A program made the position numbers and the translations under genes. The notes beneath the pieces were generated by a model. It saw nothing but the letters and a program-made list of their open reading frames with translations, ran no database searches and was not told the DNA's origin. From Epiperipatus broadwayi (taxonomy: Eukaryota > Animalia > Onychophora), in the NCBI GenBank assembly GCA_028023455.1, contig JAQFVV010000004.1, positions 20,150,001-20,214,000 of the forward strand: DNA of 64,000 nt, written 5' to 3'. Shown here in pieces: positions 14,686 through 28,414 of the stretch (positions are counted from its first letter, which is position 1; each line of letters opens with the position of its first letter).

Positions 14686-16100
14686 TACTAATAATACTTT
14701 TATTAATGAAATTTAATTTTTTTCTTATTCGCTTTTAGTATTCTTTTCTGATATTATTTATTTGGAAGATTTAAATGCAACTGTTTTAAGCATATCAAGA
14801 CTATCAAAATTATAACTAAACATTTAATAGAGAAATTGTTTACAAGCTTGAACTGTGTAAGTGAATACTTATACTTGAGAAAATCCTACATAAAGTGTAA
14901 CTAAATATCCCAGCAAATGTAATTATTTCATTACATATCTTACAAATTTATAATGATCGGCTTATCAATGATTTTTAAAAAATCCATATCTTTTCTGATT
15001 TAAAAAATTATTAATCTTAATTGAACTAAGGGAGCCTGTTGGGTTTTTAATTATTGTAGGTGTACAAATAGATGTTTATTTTATTCAGCTTTAAAAAATG
15101 TAATTGCTTAATATTTATGAAAAGAAAAATGATTTACTTTAAAAACATCAAACTATTAAAACTCTCCTATCCTTGTTCTCTAAAGTCCCCTTTGCAGTAT
15201 TTTGAATTGTTGTAGGTTTACAAATAAGTAAGTTTTTTTTTAGTCAACTTTAAAAAGATTTATTATTTAATATATATATAAGCATTTTTGAAAAATGAAA
15301 TCTTCACTTGAAATCTGTGTAGATAAATAATATTAGCGTCTTTAGTTAGCAACTATTTTAAAACTTTTTATTAATTAAATAATGTTTTGAATTAATGTGT
15401 GATACAATCTACTTCAATTTTTCTTCAAGGTCTATATCTTGCAAATCAGGAAGTGATAATTATTCATAAAGTCAAAGCATGTTAATTCTTAAATTTGTTT
15501 GCCTTTAAATATCTTCATATTTATTCCAGAGAACATAGTTAAAGGTGAATGAAACTTTTGTAAAATTTATAAATTCTTCATAAGTCTTATTATTCAACAT
15601 TTAGCATAGTTTTAAATAATTACACAATCAGAAGCTGACTTCAAAACTGTTAATGAAATTCCTCTCCTTGGATTACTCACCAATAACAAAAGGACCAATA
15701 GTCAAGAAATTTGTCCCAAATTAAAAGTAGGTAAAATTACATACAATAAAAACTTGAAAAATATTTTTTGATTTAAGAACATACTTTTAAAAATGAATAT
15801 CAGAATTATTAAAGCTGTGATATTTTCTATAGTTCTTTGAGAAAAAGAAGTTGCACACTGACCAAAAAATGATAGAAAAAAAAATATTGATGTTTTTGCA
15901 TAAAAAGTTCTTTTGAGAATAACATGGATAATAAAAATTAAACAAGTGGATACATGAGCAAATTAGATTTGAATTCTCACTTGAAGCACAAGTAACCAAA
16001 TTGAAATAATTTTACCTTGGATCACATCATGAAATTAGCTAATACTTTTAGATGAAAATGGTTTTCTTTTTTTAAGTGACTAAGCATTTGGTTATTAACA

Positions 16101-16215
16101 CCATCATCATTATCAATCCACTGCAGGATGAAGGTCTCTCCAAGTTTAATCCATCTTCTCCGATCTTTAGCTTCTCTTCTCCACATCACCCCTGCACACT
16201 TTCTTATTTCATACA
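16101..16215 (-). mobile_element. RTE LINE 3' end
   Basis: EIRKCAGVMWRREAKDRRRWIKLGETFILQWIDN followed by a (GAT)n tail. Confidence 0.78.
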
Positions 16216-16869
16216 CTATATTATAAATTGAAACACATTGCTATTTGGGGCATTATATGTATTTCATAAAGTGTTTGAACCTTTTATAGAAGATTCATTA
16301 AAATTTAAAACATTTTTATTAATTACCAAAAAAAACTTAGATGGGTTATTCAGATATCATTTTCATGGCAATGATTAATTTTAAGGATATATATCTCAAA
16401 TTGTCAATCAAGCATCAATGAAAAATAATGGACATGATTCTATACATTATATAAGTGTAAACATAGATTAAATTTTATTTTGTGAATTAGTGAACAGATG
16501 GAATATAGTTTATTTATAAATCTATAATTGATACATATGGCTATTTTGCATGCTTGCCAATGCATCAATTAATTTATATTAAGCTTAAATGATATCATTT
16601 TCTTTATGATTAAAAAGACATTAACATACCAAGGAGTTTTCAGAGTATGGATTATAAATTGTTTTAAGTGTAAGTAATCATAATATTTTGATTAAATAGC
16701 TGGCATTATTATTTCAAAAAAAGTAATTAAGATTATCATGCTTAAATATTCCACAAAATTTATTTAAGAAAAGAAAATCCATTCTTATATATTTATTTGT
16801 ATCTTTTGCAACCGTAACATTAAATATTCTTGTGTAGAAAAATTCATTATAATATATAAAATTATATAA

Positions 16870-17760
16870 ATATACTTAAAACCACTCCACATATTTCTGA
16901 ATCATTTATAAAGACATCAAAATGTAAATGATTCTTAAGATGCACATTTCATAGCAAACTAGCATTCATAAGATGGACCAGATCTTATTTATATATATCT
17001 TTAATCATTTGTTCAATGATTTGTTCAATATTTATTCATACCAAATTATAATATTTGATTTACAAATGCAATATTTCTGCACTCATAACTTTGGCATGAG
17101 ATAATTTAGATAAATTCATTAATGACTATTAGTACATATGGAAAGACAAAAATAAAATTGAGTTATTTCATGTATTTAAATATAATTAACAATTCAACAA
17201 TCTTTAATTGAAGTTTAAAGTTTATATTTGGGTTAGAAATAATCTCTACTTTAATACACATGATTAGTAACATTCATTAATGTATTTATCTAAATGATTG
17301 ATGCCAAAGTTGTGGTTGGATAAAACACTTGTAAATCAAATAGTAATAATTAGATATAGATAAATATTGAGTAAATGATGAACTGGTGAAAGTTGATTCA
17401 GCACAAAATGTGCATCTTGGGGATCATTTATCTCTTTGTATGTCTTTATTTATATGTTTCAGTAATGTATGATGTAATGGAAGTTTTAACTGTATCTTAA
17501 AAGATATCACACATGGAAAAAGTTAAATGAAGTTGGGTTATTCTATGTGTTTATATATGATTAAAAAAAACAACAGATATATTAATATTTAACTGAACTT
17601 TAAGTTTATATTTGGGTTAGTAATAATTTTTACATTAATAAATGATTAGTAATAATCATTAATGTATTTATCTGAAGTGGTTGATGTCAAAGTTGTGAGT
17701 ACAGAAAATTAGATATTTATAAATCAAAGTGAAAAAATTTTATAATTAATATCTTCGGTA
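16870..17760. mobile_element. Family E decayed array (one minus unit, two plus units, period ~384) with A-related hammerhead remnants
   Basis: 17050-17145 is the reverse complement of 17260-17345; tttatatttgggttag at 17221 and 17605; decayed cores at 16928-16986 (-) and 17375-17427 (+). Confidence 0.6.
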
Positions 17761-18324
17761 TCTTGGAATATTTCCAATGAGATAAATTAATTGAACAAAA
17801 CTGAAATTCTTACAGGGGCTGTCAAATATCATATGGCCTCTTAAGTAACTAACTAACAATACAATTTTTATTTTGATATTACCATCACATCTCTTAGAAA
17901 ATAACTGCTAAATTCATTAGTTATATAAATTTGAATATAATTTGCAAGAACAATCTTGCTTGTAAGTCATTGTATATGTGCAACAATATATATATATCAA
18001 AAATGAATTGCATATTTTGTTTTTATTCAAACAAAAATTTTCTTATTGTATAAATAAATGTTAAATGTTCACCATTTTTGTAGCAGAGGTGGAATAAAAA
18101 AAAACAATAACTAATATTTTTAAAAAATTTACATATCATACTTCTTAATAAATGTTTAAAATTCATAAAAGCAAAACCCAAAAAATGTAAAAGCTTAATT
18201 TTATTACATAATATTTATATTTAAATATAATACCTAATTATATTAAATCCTAATATAAAGAAGACAGAATAATTAGATAATAAATAACCATAAGTGTTCA
18301 TTCTTGATCTTTGATGATGGGTAT

Positions 18325-18445
18325 CCTATGTAGTTTAATGCACTGACAGAGTGGTAAATTCTGGAATCCAAGGACCATGGATTGAAATTCCAACTCTGTT
18401 GCTTGCATGAACTTCCTATGAACTCTTGAGCAATAAACCTTTTTA
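18325..18445 (+). mobile_element. Older SINE-like repeat (other copies at ~10785-10895 and ~3860-3970)
   Basis: Shared (gg)actctgg(a/g)(a/g)tcca arm and aacttc.tatgaactc..gagcaataaacc tail in three diverged copies. Confidence 0.4.
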
Positions 18446-18707
18446 TTATTTATTATTGATGATAGTTTGGTTGTCATTGCTTGATACTATCATAATTTTC
18501 CACATTAAAAGTTTCATTAGTAAAATAACGTTGTAAAAATGCAAAGAATTTGTAATTGTTTGCAATATTTTATTATTAAAACATTCAAATAAATAATCAA
18601 ATGGCTTGTTCTGGATTTTGTAAGATATATGAGCACTGACACATTAGGAATGGGCTCTTTCTGCTATTCTATCACTGTACTAAAGCACACATGATATTAA
18701 AAAACTG

Positions 18708-19384
18708 AAACTTGACTTTTCATGTAAACCAAGATGACATCCTTTATTTTTGATAAATGAACGGTTTTGAGGGCTTATAATTTACCGAAGATGTGTTGGT
18801 TGTTAAATTAAAACAAAATTAATAAATCAATTGTTAAATGAATTCCAATAAATTTCATTAAGAAGCTTAAATTCAATTTTTTTTTTTTTTGACTTATAAT
18901 GTGGGAAGGGATGACACATTCTTAACATTGTCATATTTTGGTTCAATAAAGCACGTTTCTTTTTGTCAGCAGTTTTTTTTGGTAAATTATCATGATAAAA
19001 ATTTGAAAACTTCCTGTCGTAGAACGTAATACAGTGGACTATTTCTGAAGATATTGGTTCCTACCCTCCCGAAAAGTGTGCATTAATGGTCATGGTATTA
19101 TTGCACACCGCCAACATAAATAAAGTGAATACAGTATTGTATTTATATATTTTATCGTTAATAAGTTAATCCAAAAAAAAAAAAGAAAAGAAAATAATCC
19201 GTAAATATTGTAATTATTTTTTTCACAATGATTTCTTTTTAAAAAATAACATGAATTTTATAAAATATAATTATTAAATGCGAAGTTTCCTAGCAGGCAT
19301 TTTTTTTGCCCCCCTCCCCTGAAACAATAAATTTATCAAAAATACGGACTACTATCTTGGTTTATTTAAAAATTCACAAATACC
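18708..19384 (+). mobile_element. Non-autonomous TIR element, family D copy 1
   Basis: ~55 bp TIR containing aaccaagat...tttttgataaat; interior homologous to 54867-55551 in reverse. Confidence 0.75.
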
Positions 19385-20246
19385 AAAAAAAATTACAGAT
19401 TAATCTCTTAATAATAAAACTCTACAACAATTATAAGACATTTATGTTTTTTTAATCGAAACGTTTTCACATATTGCTTTATAAAACAATGATTATTTAT
19501 TTATTGCTTTCATTTAAACATCTATCCATTGTTTCCTATTGTCGACTTTCTCTTATTTCAGATCCAGGAAATCAACAAAAACATTCCAATTTTTATTATT
19601 TTTATATGTCTACTGTTTATTTTCACAGGACTCTTAGAAAAAAAAATGGATAGACATTTTAGTATATATTAATTTAATAGGTATTAAGATATATAATAAT
19701 TTTTAAAAATCCTTTTTTTTTTTTTCCATTTACATTTGAGAATCTCTTTTCTGACATTTTATTGCTTAAATGTCACCTTTAATTGTTTTGACATTTCTAT
19801 CTATTAAACAAATAAATTGGTTTTTGCTGCACAGATAAATTAAAATTATCATCATTATATTGGAAAAAAATAAAAAATTAAAGTTTTAGCAATAAAGAAA
19901 AAAAGTAAAAGCTAAAGATTATGACAAGAACTGCAGAAATGATCAACTAAATATGAATGATCAGTGAAAGATAAAAGTAATAAATAATAAAATAATTTTA
20001 TGGCCATATCTCAGAAATCAAGTTACATCTGAGCAGCAACAACAATCCATCTAGGAATTGATTTAGAAACTTTTAACTACTGAGTTCATCACTGCCCTAA
20101 ACAATTCACAATCATAAATCTTCTATAATATTGATATACAGGTATATATATATTTACCCTAAGATGTAATTAAAGGAGATTTGAACCCAGATTTTCAAGC
20201 TCCCCACAGTCATCCACTCCACCAATACATATGACCACAAAGATAA

Positions 20247-20305
20247 ATGATCTCCAATACACATATTTCATGCTGAACCAGTACTCATCAGTTGGTCCAG
20301 ATAAT
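20247..20305 (-). ncRNA. Type I hammerhead ribozyme (family A)
   Basis: AUUAUCU-GGA-CCAA CUGAUGA GUACUG-GUU-CAGCAU GAAA UAUGUG UA/ UUGG-AGAUCAU. Confidence 0.8.
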
Positions 20306-20528
20306 CTCCCACATATATATAATTAGTGCTCAGTTTACACTAAGATAACAAATCTACACCCTTTAATGGACAAGCTTCAAAATGAGTATCATTAAGGGCT
20401 TTGAGCATTTCATCATCAGGTTTTCAGTGTTACAGATGGCTGAAAAGTTGGAAAGGATTGATGCCTGTTCATTAAAGTGTATAGATTTGCTATCTTAATA
20501 TAAACCAAATATATATGTGTGGGAGATG

Positions 20529-20587
20529 ATGATCCAGACCAACTGATGAGTGTTAGTTCACCATGAAATATGTATATTGGAGATCAT
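20529..20587 (+). ncRNA. Type I hammerhead ribozyme (family A), opposite arm
   Basis: AUGAUCC-AGA-CCAA CUGAUGA GUGUUAGUUCACCAU GAAA UAUGUA UA/ UUGG-AGAUCAU; core intact, stem II weakened. Confidence 0.72.
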
Positions 20588-22239
20588 TTATCTTTTTCAC
20601 ATGTATGTGGTCATAAGTATTGATTATATTGGAAAAAATGGATTACTATAAGAGTTTGAGTTCAAATTCCCTTTAATTAAATCTTCTATAAGTAATTAAT
20701 TGTATAAGAAAAAAAGTAGAATTACACTTGATAAGCAGATTTATATGATGATCTCTAATTTAATATATATGAAATGAATGAAGCCAAAGTTGTGAATGCA
20801 TAAATTTTGATATTTGTAAATCAAATTATAATAATATTTATTGGTAAGTTAATAGCAGAAAATATAAGTAGTAGTCTAGCTAAATTATTTAAGTAGTTAA
20901 AGAAAAAAAACTTAAATGACATAACAAGCAATGATATAAACATTGCAATGTTCAGAATGCACTACTAATTTGACTGCTAAAGAGCAACAAAGAATAAAAA
21001 AAACTAAGCAAATACTATTGCTTGGTTAGTCCTAGCCTATTTCTAATTATGTGATTGCATTTTGACAAAGGGAATTTAGTATTCAATTAAAAAATAATAA
21101 TAAAACAAAAATAATAACAAACTTTTGTAAATATTGTAGTGTATGGTCATTTTATTATAAAATGTATCTAAATGTGTAGAGATGTAATATCAATCATGAG
21201 AAGACATGCATCCTAGATGAAACAAGAGCAACCATAATCATCAGGATACTGGAGAAAACATATATAAAGTTCCAGCTGGAGGATATCTCTCCAACACATC
21301 CTAAGATATCCATTTCAAAAAACTCATTACAGTTGCAATCTAAATCAAGAATTAGTTGTTTGCAAGTTTGCATGTAATGTGAGAAGTTTAAAATCATCAG
21401 GATGGAGAAATAACCCATCAATTTTCGATATGTATATAGGTATGTGGCAGTAATAAAAATATAATTAAAAATATCTATTTTCATTTAGAATGCATATTAT
21501 AATAAATTATGTAGCACATATTTATCCAAATACTTATAGAAGAATAAAAAATCAAGTTTTAAATTGGTAATATGTAATTTTAGTATTATTTTTTTTTGTA
21601 TTAAAAACATTAATCAATTTCCAAGAAAGAGAAAACCATAAATTACTCCAAGAAATGTACATTTTAAAATTGTTAGTAAATACTTGTTCTTTTTTGTTTA
21701 TATATAGTCCATAAATTAAATTTAATACAATTAGTCCATAAATTATACTTAATTGTAATCATATGTATTTGCACTCAGAACAAGATTTCGTGTGTGGATG
21801 TGTATATAATAATAAACAGCTAATCAAAACTGACTATAATCATTCCAACCCACTCCCCACCCCCAAGAAAGGAGAGAGAGAAAAAAACTAGTCCAAAAAT
21901 GAGTCTTGCAGTGACTATATAAACCAATCTGTAAAACACCAATACATCCACATATAAAATATGCTAGTTCAAATTTCTGTTTATTTGATATTTTATAATG
22001 GTGTCTTTTAGTTTCCACAGCAGAAAAGTTTTCTTTTTTGGAATATTTCATGTCTAATTGTAAACATTCAATGTATTCTACACTCTGCCATATTTTCCCA
22101 ATGGAAACAATTAACATAGACTTCTTTAGAATGTCTTTGAAATAATTCTTATAAAGTAAATGGAGTTTACATCTCTTATAAAAGCCTGTTCACATATACC
22201 ATAAAACACCCTTTTAGAAAATTTTCAATTGTTAATTTG

Positions 22240-24900
22240 TTTACATGTGTAGTCCAATGAAGATCATATTGATTGGTTTTGATCTTACGATAGTATTTTT
22301 TAAATTTTATGAAGTGTTCTTAAATGAAACTTTTCCAATGCCTTTATGCTGAGCCAATAAAATGTCCATGTTTCACATCCATACAATAAATTAGGTAAAA
22401 CAATAGTTTTATATAGAACTAACTTACGATATTTATTTTCCTATGATAAAATATTGTTTTATTTTAACTTGTTAAAATAGCAGTGGCTCAATGAAGTCTG
22501 TGCTAGATCTCAACATCCAAGTCAATCTATTTACTTATAAAACTAGGTTGTTAACCATCCAAACTGAAAATTGCTGAGGATATTTCTTCCATCACTGCTG
22601 ATAAAGAGTTTGAGTTTTTTGAAGATTAATTAATAAACTGAGATCTTTATAAATTACATTCAAAAACATTCAGTAAATTATTTTTTGAACTGGCAAAATA
22701 GCATAGTCATCATATTATAAATCCAAAATCTGAGAACATTTTCTTGTTTTTGCTTTTAACTGATTCAAATTAAAAATTCCATTATCAAACCTGTATTGTA
22801 TCCTGATTCCTGTCTGATTAAGCCACCTATAAACAACTCCAAAGACCACTATCATAATTATTGAAAACAATGTTCAAGCAAGTACACATCCCTGTTTACA
22901 TTAGTTTTCATTTCAAATGCCTCAGATTTTCTATCTATAGTAATAACACTCTCTCATTCCATTATGGAGAAGCTAAATAATATGAATAAATTTTGGTAGA
23001 TAATCAATTAATTCCAAACAATACTATAAACCTGTCCTACTGATTGAATCAAATGCCTTGATCAAATCAATAAAAGCAATAATAAATCATTTCCTTCTTC
23101 CAAATACTTTTCTTGCATTTTACTGGTAACAAAAATCATATCTATAGTGCTTCTTGATTCCATAACACCTTCATTGAGTCTCTGTTAACCATTCATCTAT
23201 AATTGGAAGCAAACTATTTAACAAAATTCTTGAAAATGCTTTTGCTTTATGATAATTACCACAATCTTATATTCCCTTTGCTTTTAAAAATGAAACAATT
23301 AAAACATTCTTAAGATCAGATGGTCCAACTTCACGAGTTCTGATATTCCTAAAAAATTCCAATATTTTCGAAGTTAATATATCATCACCATGTTTTAAAA
23401 TTTCTCCAGACATTTCATCAAGGCTTGCAGCCATTCCATTTTTAAAATTATAAAAGCTGTTTTGACTTCATTAAGCTGGATATCTTTGTCCAAATCTAAA
23501 TGAGTAGATATGTAGCATTAAAAATCATATCAATTCTTGTATCATTATTCACAAAATGATTAAAATATTCTGTTCAAAATATTATCATCATATAAGAGTG
23601 TGTCATTACTGGATTTAATAGGATTATGATATCATTTCTCAGGCCCATATGTTGCTTTTAATGCATCAAAAAAAAAGATCTAGAATGATCATGATCAGCA
23701 AAAGTCTGCTTTCTTTGCTGTTTTAATCCACCAATCATTTGTATGTATTTTCTTGTCAATTGATAAACTTCTACCATCAGAACTTTGGATTTATTATGCA
23801 ATCCATAATTTAGTTTATTATTTTGTCAAACAGAGAATTCAATCATTAATAATATGATCATTGTCAGAAAACCAGTCATGATTCTTCTTTTTAATAAACC
23901 CAAAAATAGATTTACTAGTGTCCATAATACACTCCTGACCGGAATTCTGTGCTTCAGTAAATGACAGTTCCAAAGATTCAAATTAACAATTTTAATGTTA
24001 AATAGCTATTGATATTTAGTATATATAATGCATTCTTTTAAATAACAAACACCAACTTTCTTGTAAATATGATTTGAATAATATATATTTTTAATGCAAC
24101 TATCATTTCAATCTTAGAGCATAAATCTGAACTTGTAGGTGTGTATGTAATATGAATTTCTTTTGTATTCTGATTCCTAACAGTAATGTAATCTATTAAA
24201 GCTTTTGTTTTGAATGTGGATGTATCTACTTTCCTTTGTAGTTCTTTTCTGCATAAACAAAGTGCTTGTGATAATCCATCCAAGTGTTATGTATAAATTC
24301 ACTAATAACAAACCATTTGAATCAACAACTCTAATACCATTATTTCCAACAACTTTTGTTCATAATCTACTATTTGTATTATTATGTGCATTAAATTTTC
24401 CAAAAATAAAAATTTAATCTTTTAATGGTATACCTATAATAATGCTATCTAACAAGGAATAAAAGTCTTCCTTCTCTAAATTCTCTGAATCTAAAATTAG
24501 AGCATGGGGACTGATAAAATGAGCTCTAGTATAATTATGCAAGACAAAATTTAAGATCATCAATCTTTCGTTGATGCAATGAGGAATTCCAATAATAAAA
24601 TACACTAAATTGGATTTTACAGCAAATTCAATACCATGCATTCTTCTTTCACTAACTGATCAGCCTTTTCAAAAAAATGTGTATCTATCCATCTGTTATA
24701 TTAAACTCCTCTCTCTGGTAGATGAATTTTGCTAAGAATAGCTATATTAATCTTAACTAATGGTAGTTCTTTAGCCACAAATGCAGTCATTCATTCTGGT
24801 CTTGAAGAGTTTGTATCAAGTAAAATTTATCCATTTGATGTACATTTATATGCACAGGATATACCCTATAAACAGATTGTATACATAAAAATTGTATCTG
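22240..24900 (-). mobile_element. Decayed RTE (BovB-like) LINE, endonuclease plus RT
   Basis: Minus-strand remnants LLD.NSSRPE..TAFVAKEL..NIAILS, LIDYITVRNQNTKEIHIT, DTSKSIFGFIKKKNHDWFSDND, FFDALKATYGP, GEILKHGDD. Confidence 0.85.
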
Positions 24901-25819
24901 TGAGTTATTGATTTCATAGTTTTAAAACTAAGGAACCTTCTGACATAATGCAAGTGTGGATTTTTTCCCAATTCCAAGTAAACATAATTTTTTTTCAAAG
25001 TGTTTTCTCTAATAGCCAAGCTAAATAACTATCCATCATTAATTTGTAAATTGAGATACTTAGAAATTAAAGCTCTCATGTTGATCTGGGTTCTTAGATG
25101 CACTGACTATAAAATAAAAACATGATTGTAAGATGATGTAGCTTTTACCATTTTGTAAAGTTGACTTAACTATATGAATGGGATAATTTTTAAAAACATC
25201 TAAACACAATTCTTTAAAGTGTACAATAATGCTTAGTGGTAGCTCATGGTTGATATGTTAGTGTCATACATTTTAAAGTTGTATTAATTTGTCTAAGTTA
25301 TACAACATATGAACAAAAATGGTAATTCATTCATTACCGTCTTCATATAAACAAGTGTGGAAAATCCAGATAAATAAAAAAATTAGAAATAGAAACAAAT
25401 ATAAAACACTCTTTTTAAACAAATTAGGTAATATTAGAATAAGAAATAAAACTCATGTATTATCAAATACTTTTGCAGCTATCTGGAATTTGATCTTATT
25501 TACAATAGCATTATGACTTGAAAACAACTTTTTAAAAAATTTTTAGTCATTAATATCTACTGTAAAAATTGATTAGTCTTATGAATAAAAACATTGTTTG
25601 AACTACAGTAAAGTCTGCTAAAACAAATTAATTACTTTCAAAATCCGATTGGTTCAATGTATTTTACAATGAAATTAAAGTGTTTAGGGCTAATCTGTTT
25701 CAGTCCATAATCAAGATTAAAGTTACCATACAAACAAGCTTTTAAGAAAAAATAAAATAAAATCAAAGATATAAATGCTCAGAAAATTATATTAACAACA
25801 TCCATTTCAAGATAAGATT

Positions 25820-26560
25820 CAGGGGATAAATTTTCTGGATATATATATATGTTCAAAGAAATAAGAATGGGCTGGATTTTAAAATGAAAGCGAAACCAAT
25901 CCAAGTGAGGGGAGCCATCCATCCTAAGTTTAAAGTTCCATTTGAACACAAACTTGCAGGTCTGAAAGGTTTCTTACGTAGAAAAAAAAAGTTATGCAAG
26001 TAAGAAGTTGACAGAAAAATCAATATCGAGTCTTATATTAAGGATTTAATGGATATCGAATATATCTTTAACAAACTAATAAAAACAAAGTTGCTGAAAA
26101 TAATCACCCATATAAATTATGGCTAAGCCTGCCTTACATCTCTTGTATTACAGTGAATCTTTGAAAGTTCTATGCAGACACTTTCAGAGTTAGCTTCAGT
26201 TCGCCCCCCTCATTCAACAATCTTTTAAACAAATAAAAGATAGAATACCTTTTAAATATGTGTCCTAGGTCATATATAAATTTTCATGCCCTGCCCCATC
26301 CTGTAACTCTGTGTACTATGATGAATATTGCACTAATAGATCAACAAAAGTTTCCCAGCACACATATTCATATAATAAAGCAAAATTAAATCATGAATAC
26401 AAATCGATCTTTTTTGATCATGAGTTGGCTACAGGAAACACCTTTTTTATCTTCAATGTAATAACAATATGTGCTGAGAAGAATGATAAGAAAAGAAAAT
26501 ATAAAGAGGCTTTGGCTATTGCAAGGAATCCTCATTCCATCAAAAGAAAATGGAACATCT
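25820..26560 (-). mobile_element. Decayed LINE RT fragment
   Basis: RDVRQA*P resembling RGVRQG.P; otherwise heavily eroded. Confidence 0.35.
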
Positions 26561-28253
26561 AATTTACATACTGGGCCTGATTTACATATTGGTCTTCAGT
26601 ACTATATATACACATTTTTAATGGTGTAGTTCTATTCAGCACTATGATTGCCTTCATGCTTTTAAGACTTTCTTATTAGTTTATGTTACCATTTCATATA
26701 AACATAAACAGTACATTTAGGTAGAATTACAAAATAGTATGAAAAGTGTATATACTATTGAGATTTAAAGTAATTTCTGTACATAAAGTACAGTTACATT
26801 TTAAAGATAACTAAAATTCACTCTTAAAAACATAAAAGTTGATTTTAAACTTTTACTTTTTGCAAGATAATATTTAATAGTGATCCTATCTGTGCTAGCT
26901 TTGTTATACCTTATAACACTATGCAATCCAGTTCTTTTCATGAATGTAGTAATCATTTGCTTCTAGTAAAGTTCTTTGCAGGAACAGTATCTGAATTACA
27001 AGATGGAAAAAAATTCTTCAAAATATTTTCTTAACCCTTTCATGACTGATTAATTGATGCTGTTTCTTGTCATTTGCTTTTGATTAATTTACATTAGCAA
27101 GAAGTTTCTATTAATTACAATGTAAACTTCTCAAGGTAAAAATTCTTTTTACTCTCTGATTACTTTTGATTCATCTTTTTTTTTTTAAATGATTCAAAAC
27201 AATGATTTAATCATATCATATTCAGAATTGAAACCACCAACCACTTTACAGCTTTCTTTTTTACAATTGATCTTTTTTTCCATTTCTGGACAGATCAATT
27301 TTTTGATACTATTTGTTCTGACTCCTGATTAATGGATATAAAAAGAATTTAAAAAACAAAAAGGCTTCTATATTTATGTATTATTTAAATGAAACAATAA
27401 TACATAAATTATCAACAGCAATATTGAAAAAAAATAAACTTTTTAGATCAATCATATTAATGAATAATAAACTTTTAGCATTTTATTTTAAATATATTTT
27501 CATGTGATAAACTAATTAATCTTAACACTCTGACATAAATAATATAGGCAAGACATATCCAAACCCAAAAACTTGTAACAAAATTGATTAATTACAAATA
27601 ATAATCATTTGTAAATGATAATTACTTTTGTGGAATTTGTTCTTAGCATATTATTTAGAAGTTATAATACATTTAAATATGCTTTTTTTTTTTCAAGAAT
27701 TATTATTAAATTTATTCCATTGATCAAAATCATGCATTTCTAGTTTAAATAATTACATGTAATATGCATTTGGTAATTAAGTTTCAAGAAATACAGTTCC
27801 TAGTATTCTATTTGTAAAACATATGTATTCATGTGTTTTTCAATATATATATATTGAACTATTTCTCTCTTGAATAGAATTATGCATTTCTAATTTAAAT
27901 AATAAATATCATCATATTGACATAAGACTGATTTCATCTACAGGGTCCCCTGATGTTCTCCCTATTATTGATTAAAATACTGTAAATTCATGGCATAGTT
28001 GTTTTTATTTATACTCTGGCATAAATGCCTAACTACTTTTTCATCTTCATAAAGCACTGAAGGAAATCAGCTTTTTTTAAAAAATATTTTTTTAATTATT
28101 TTTTATAATGATGACATTTTTTTAATATAAGTAATATGAGACTACCACTCTCATTTATTTTCACTGATTTATTGCTTAAAATAAGCTAAGTACTATAAAG
28201 CAAGAAATCCATAGCTTATGCATATATATATATCTCTGAAAATCTTTAATGGT

Positions 28254-28414
28254 TGGAGTGATTCATTTATAAATACTTAATTAGAAAGCATTTAACCTAG
28301 AACAAACTGCTCCAGACCAAGAGCTCATGCCAGTGTTACATAAGCTCTTGGAGTGGGGCAGTTTATTTTAGGTTTAGTACTTTCTAGTTAAGTATTTATA
28401 AATGGATAACTCCA
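28254..28414. repeat. Palindromic MITE-like element (~75 bp arms)
   Basis: tggagtgattcatttataaatacttaattagaaag... mirrored by ...ctttctagttaagtatttataaatggataactcca. Confidence 0.8.

Larger units (their letters stand above)
20161..20685. mobile_element. Family A palindromic dimer (one unit on each strand)
   Basis: Ends aagatgtaattaaaggagatttgaac / gttcaaattccctttaattaaatctt; arms of ~230 bp; a hammerhead in each arm. Confidence 0.85.

Noticed and set aside
27031-27050. TTAACCCTTT piggyBac-like end
   Set aside because: No matching opposite terminus found
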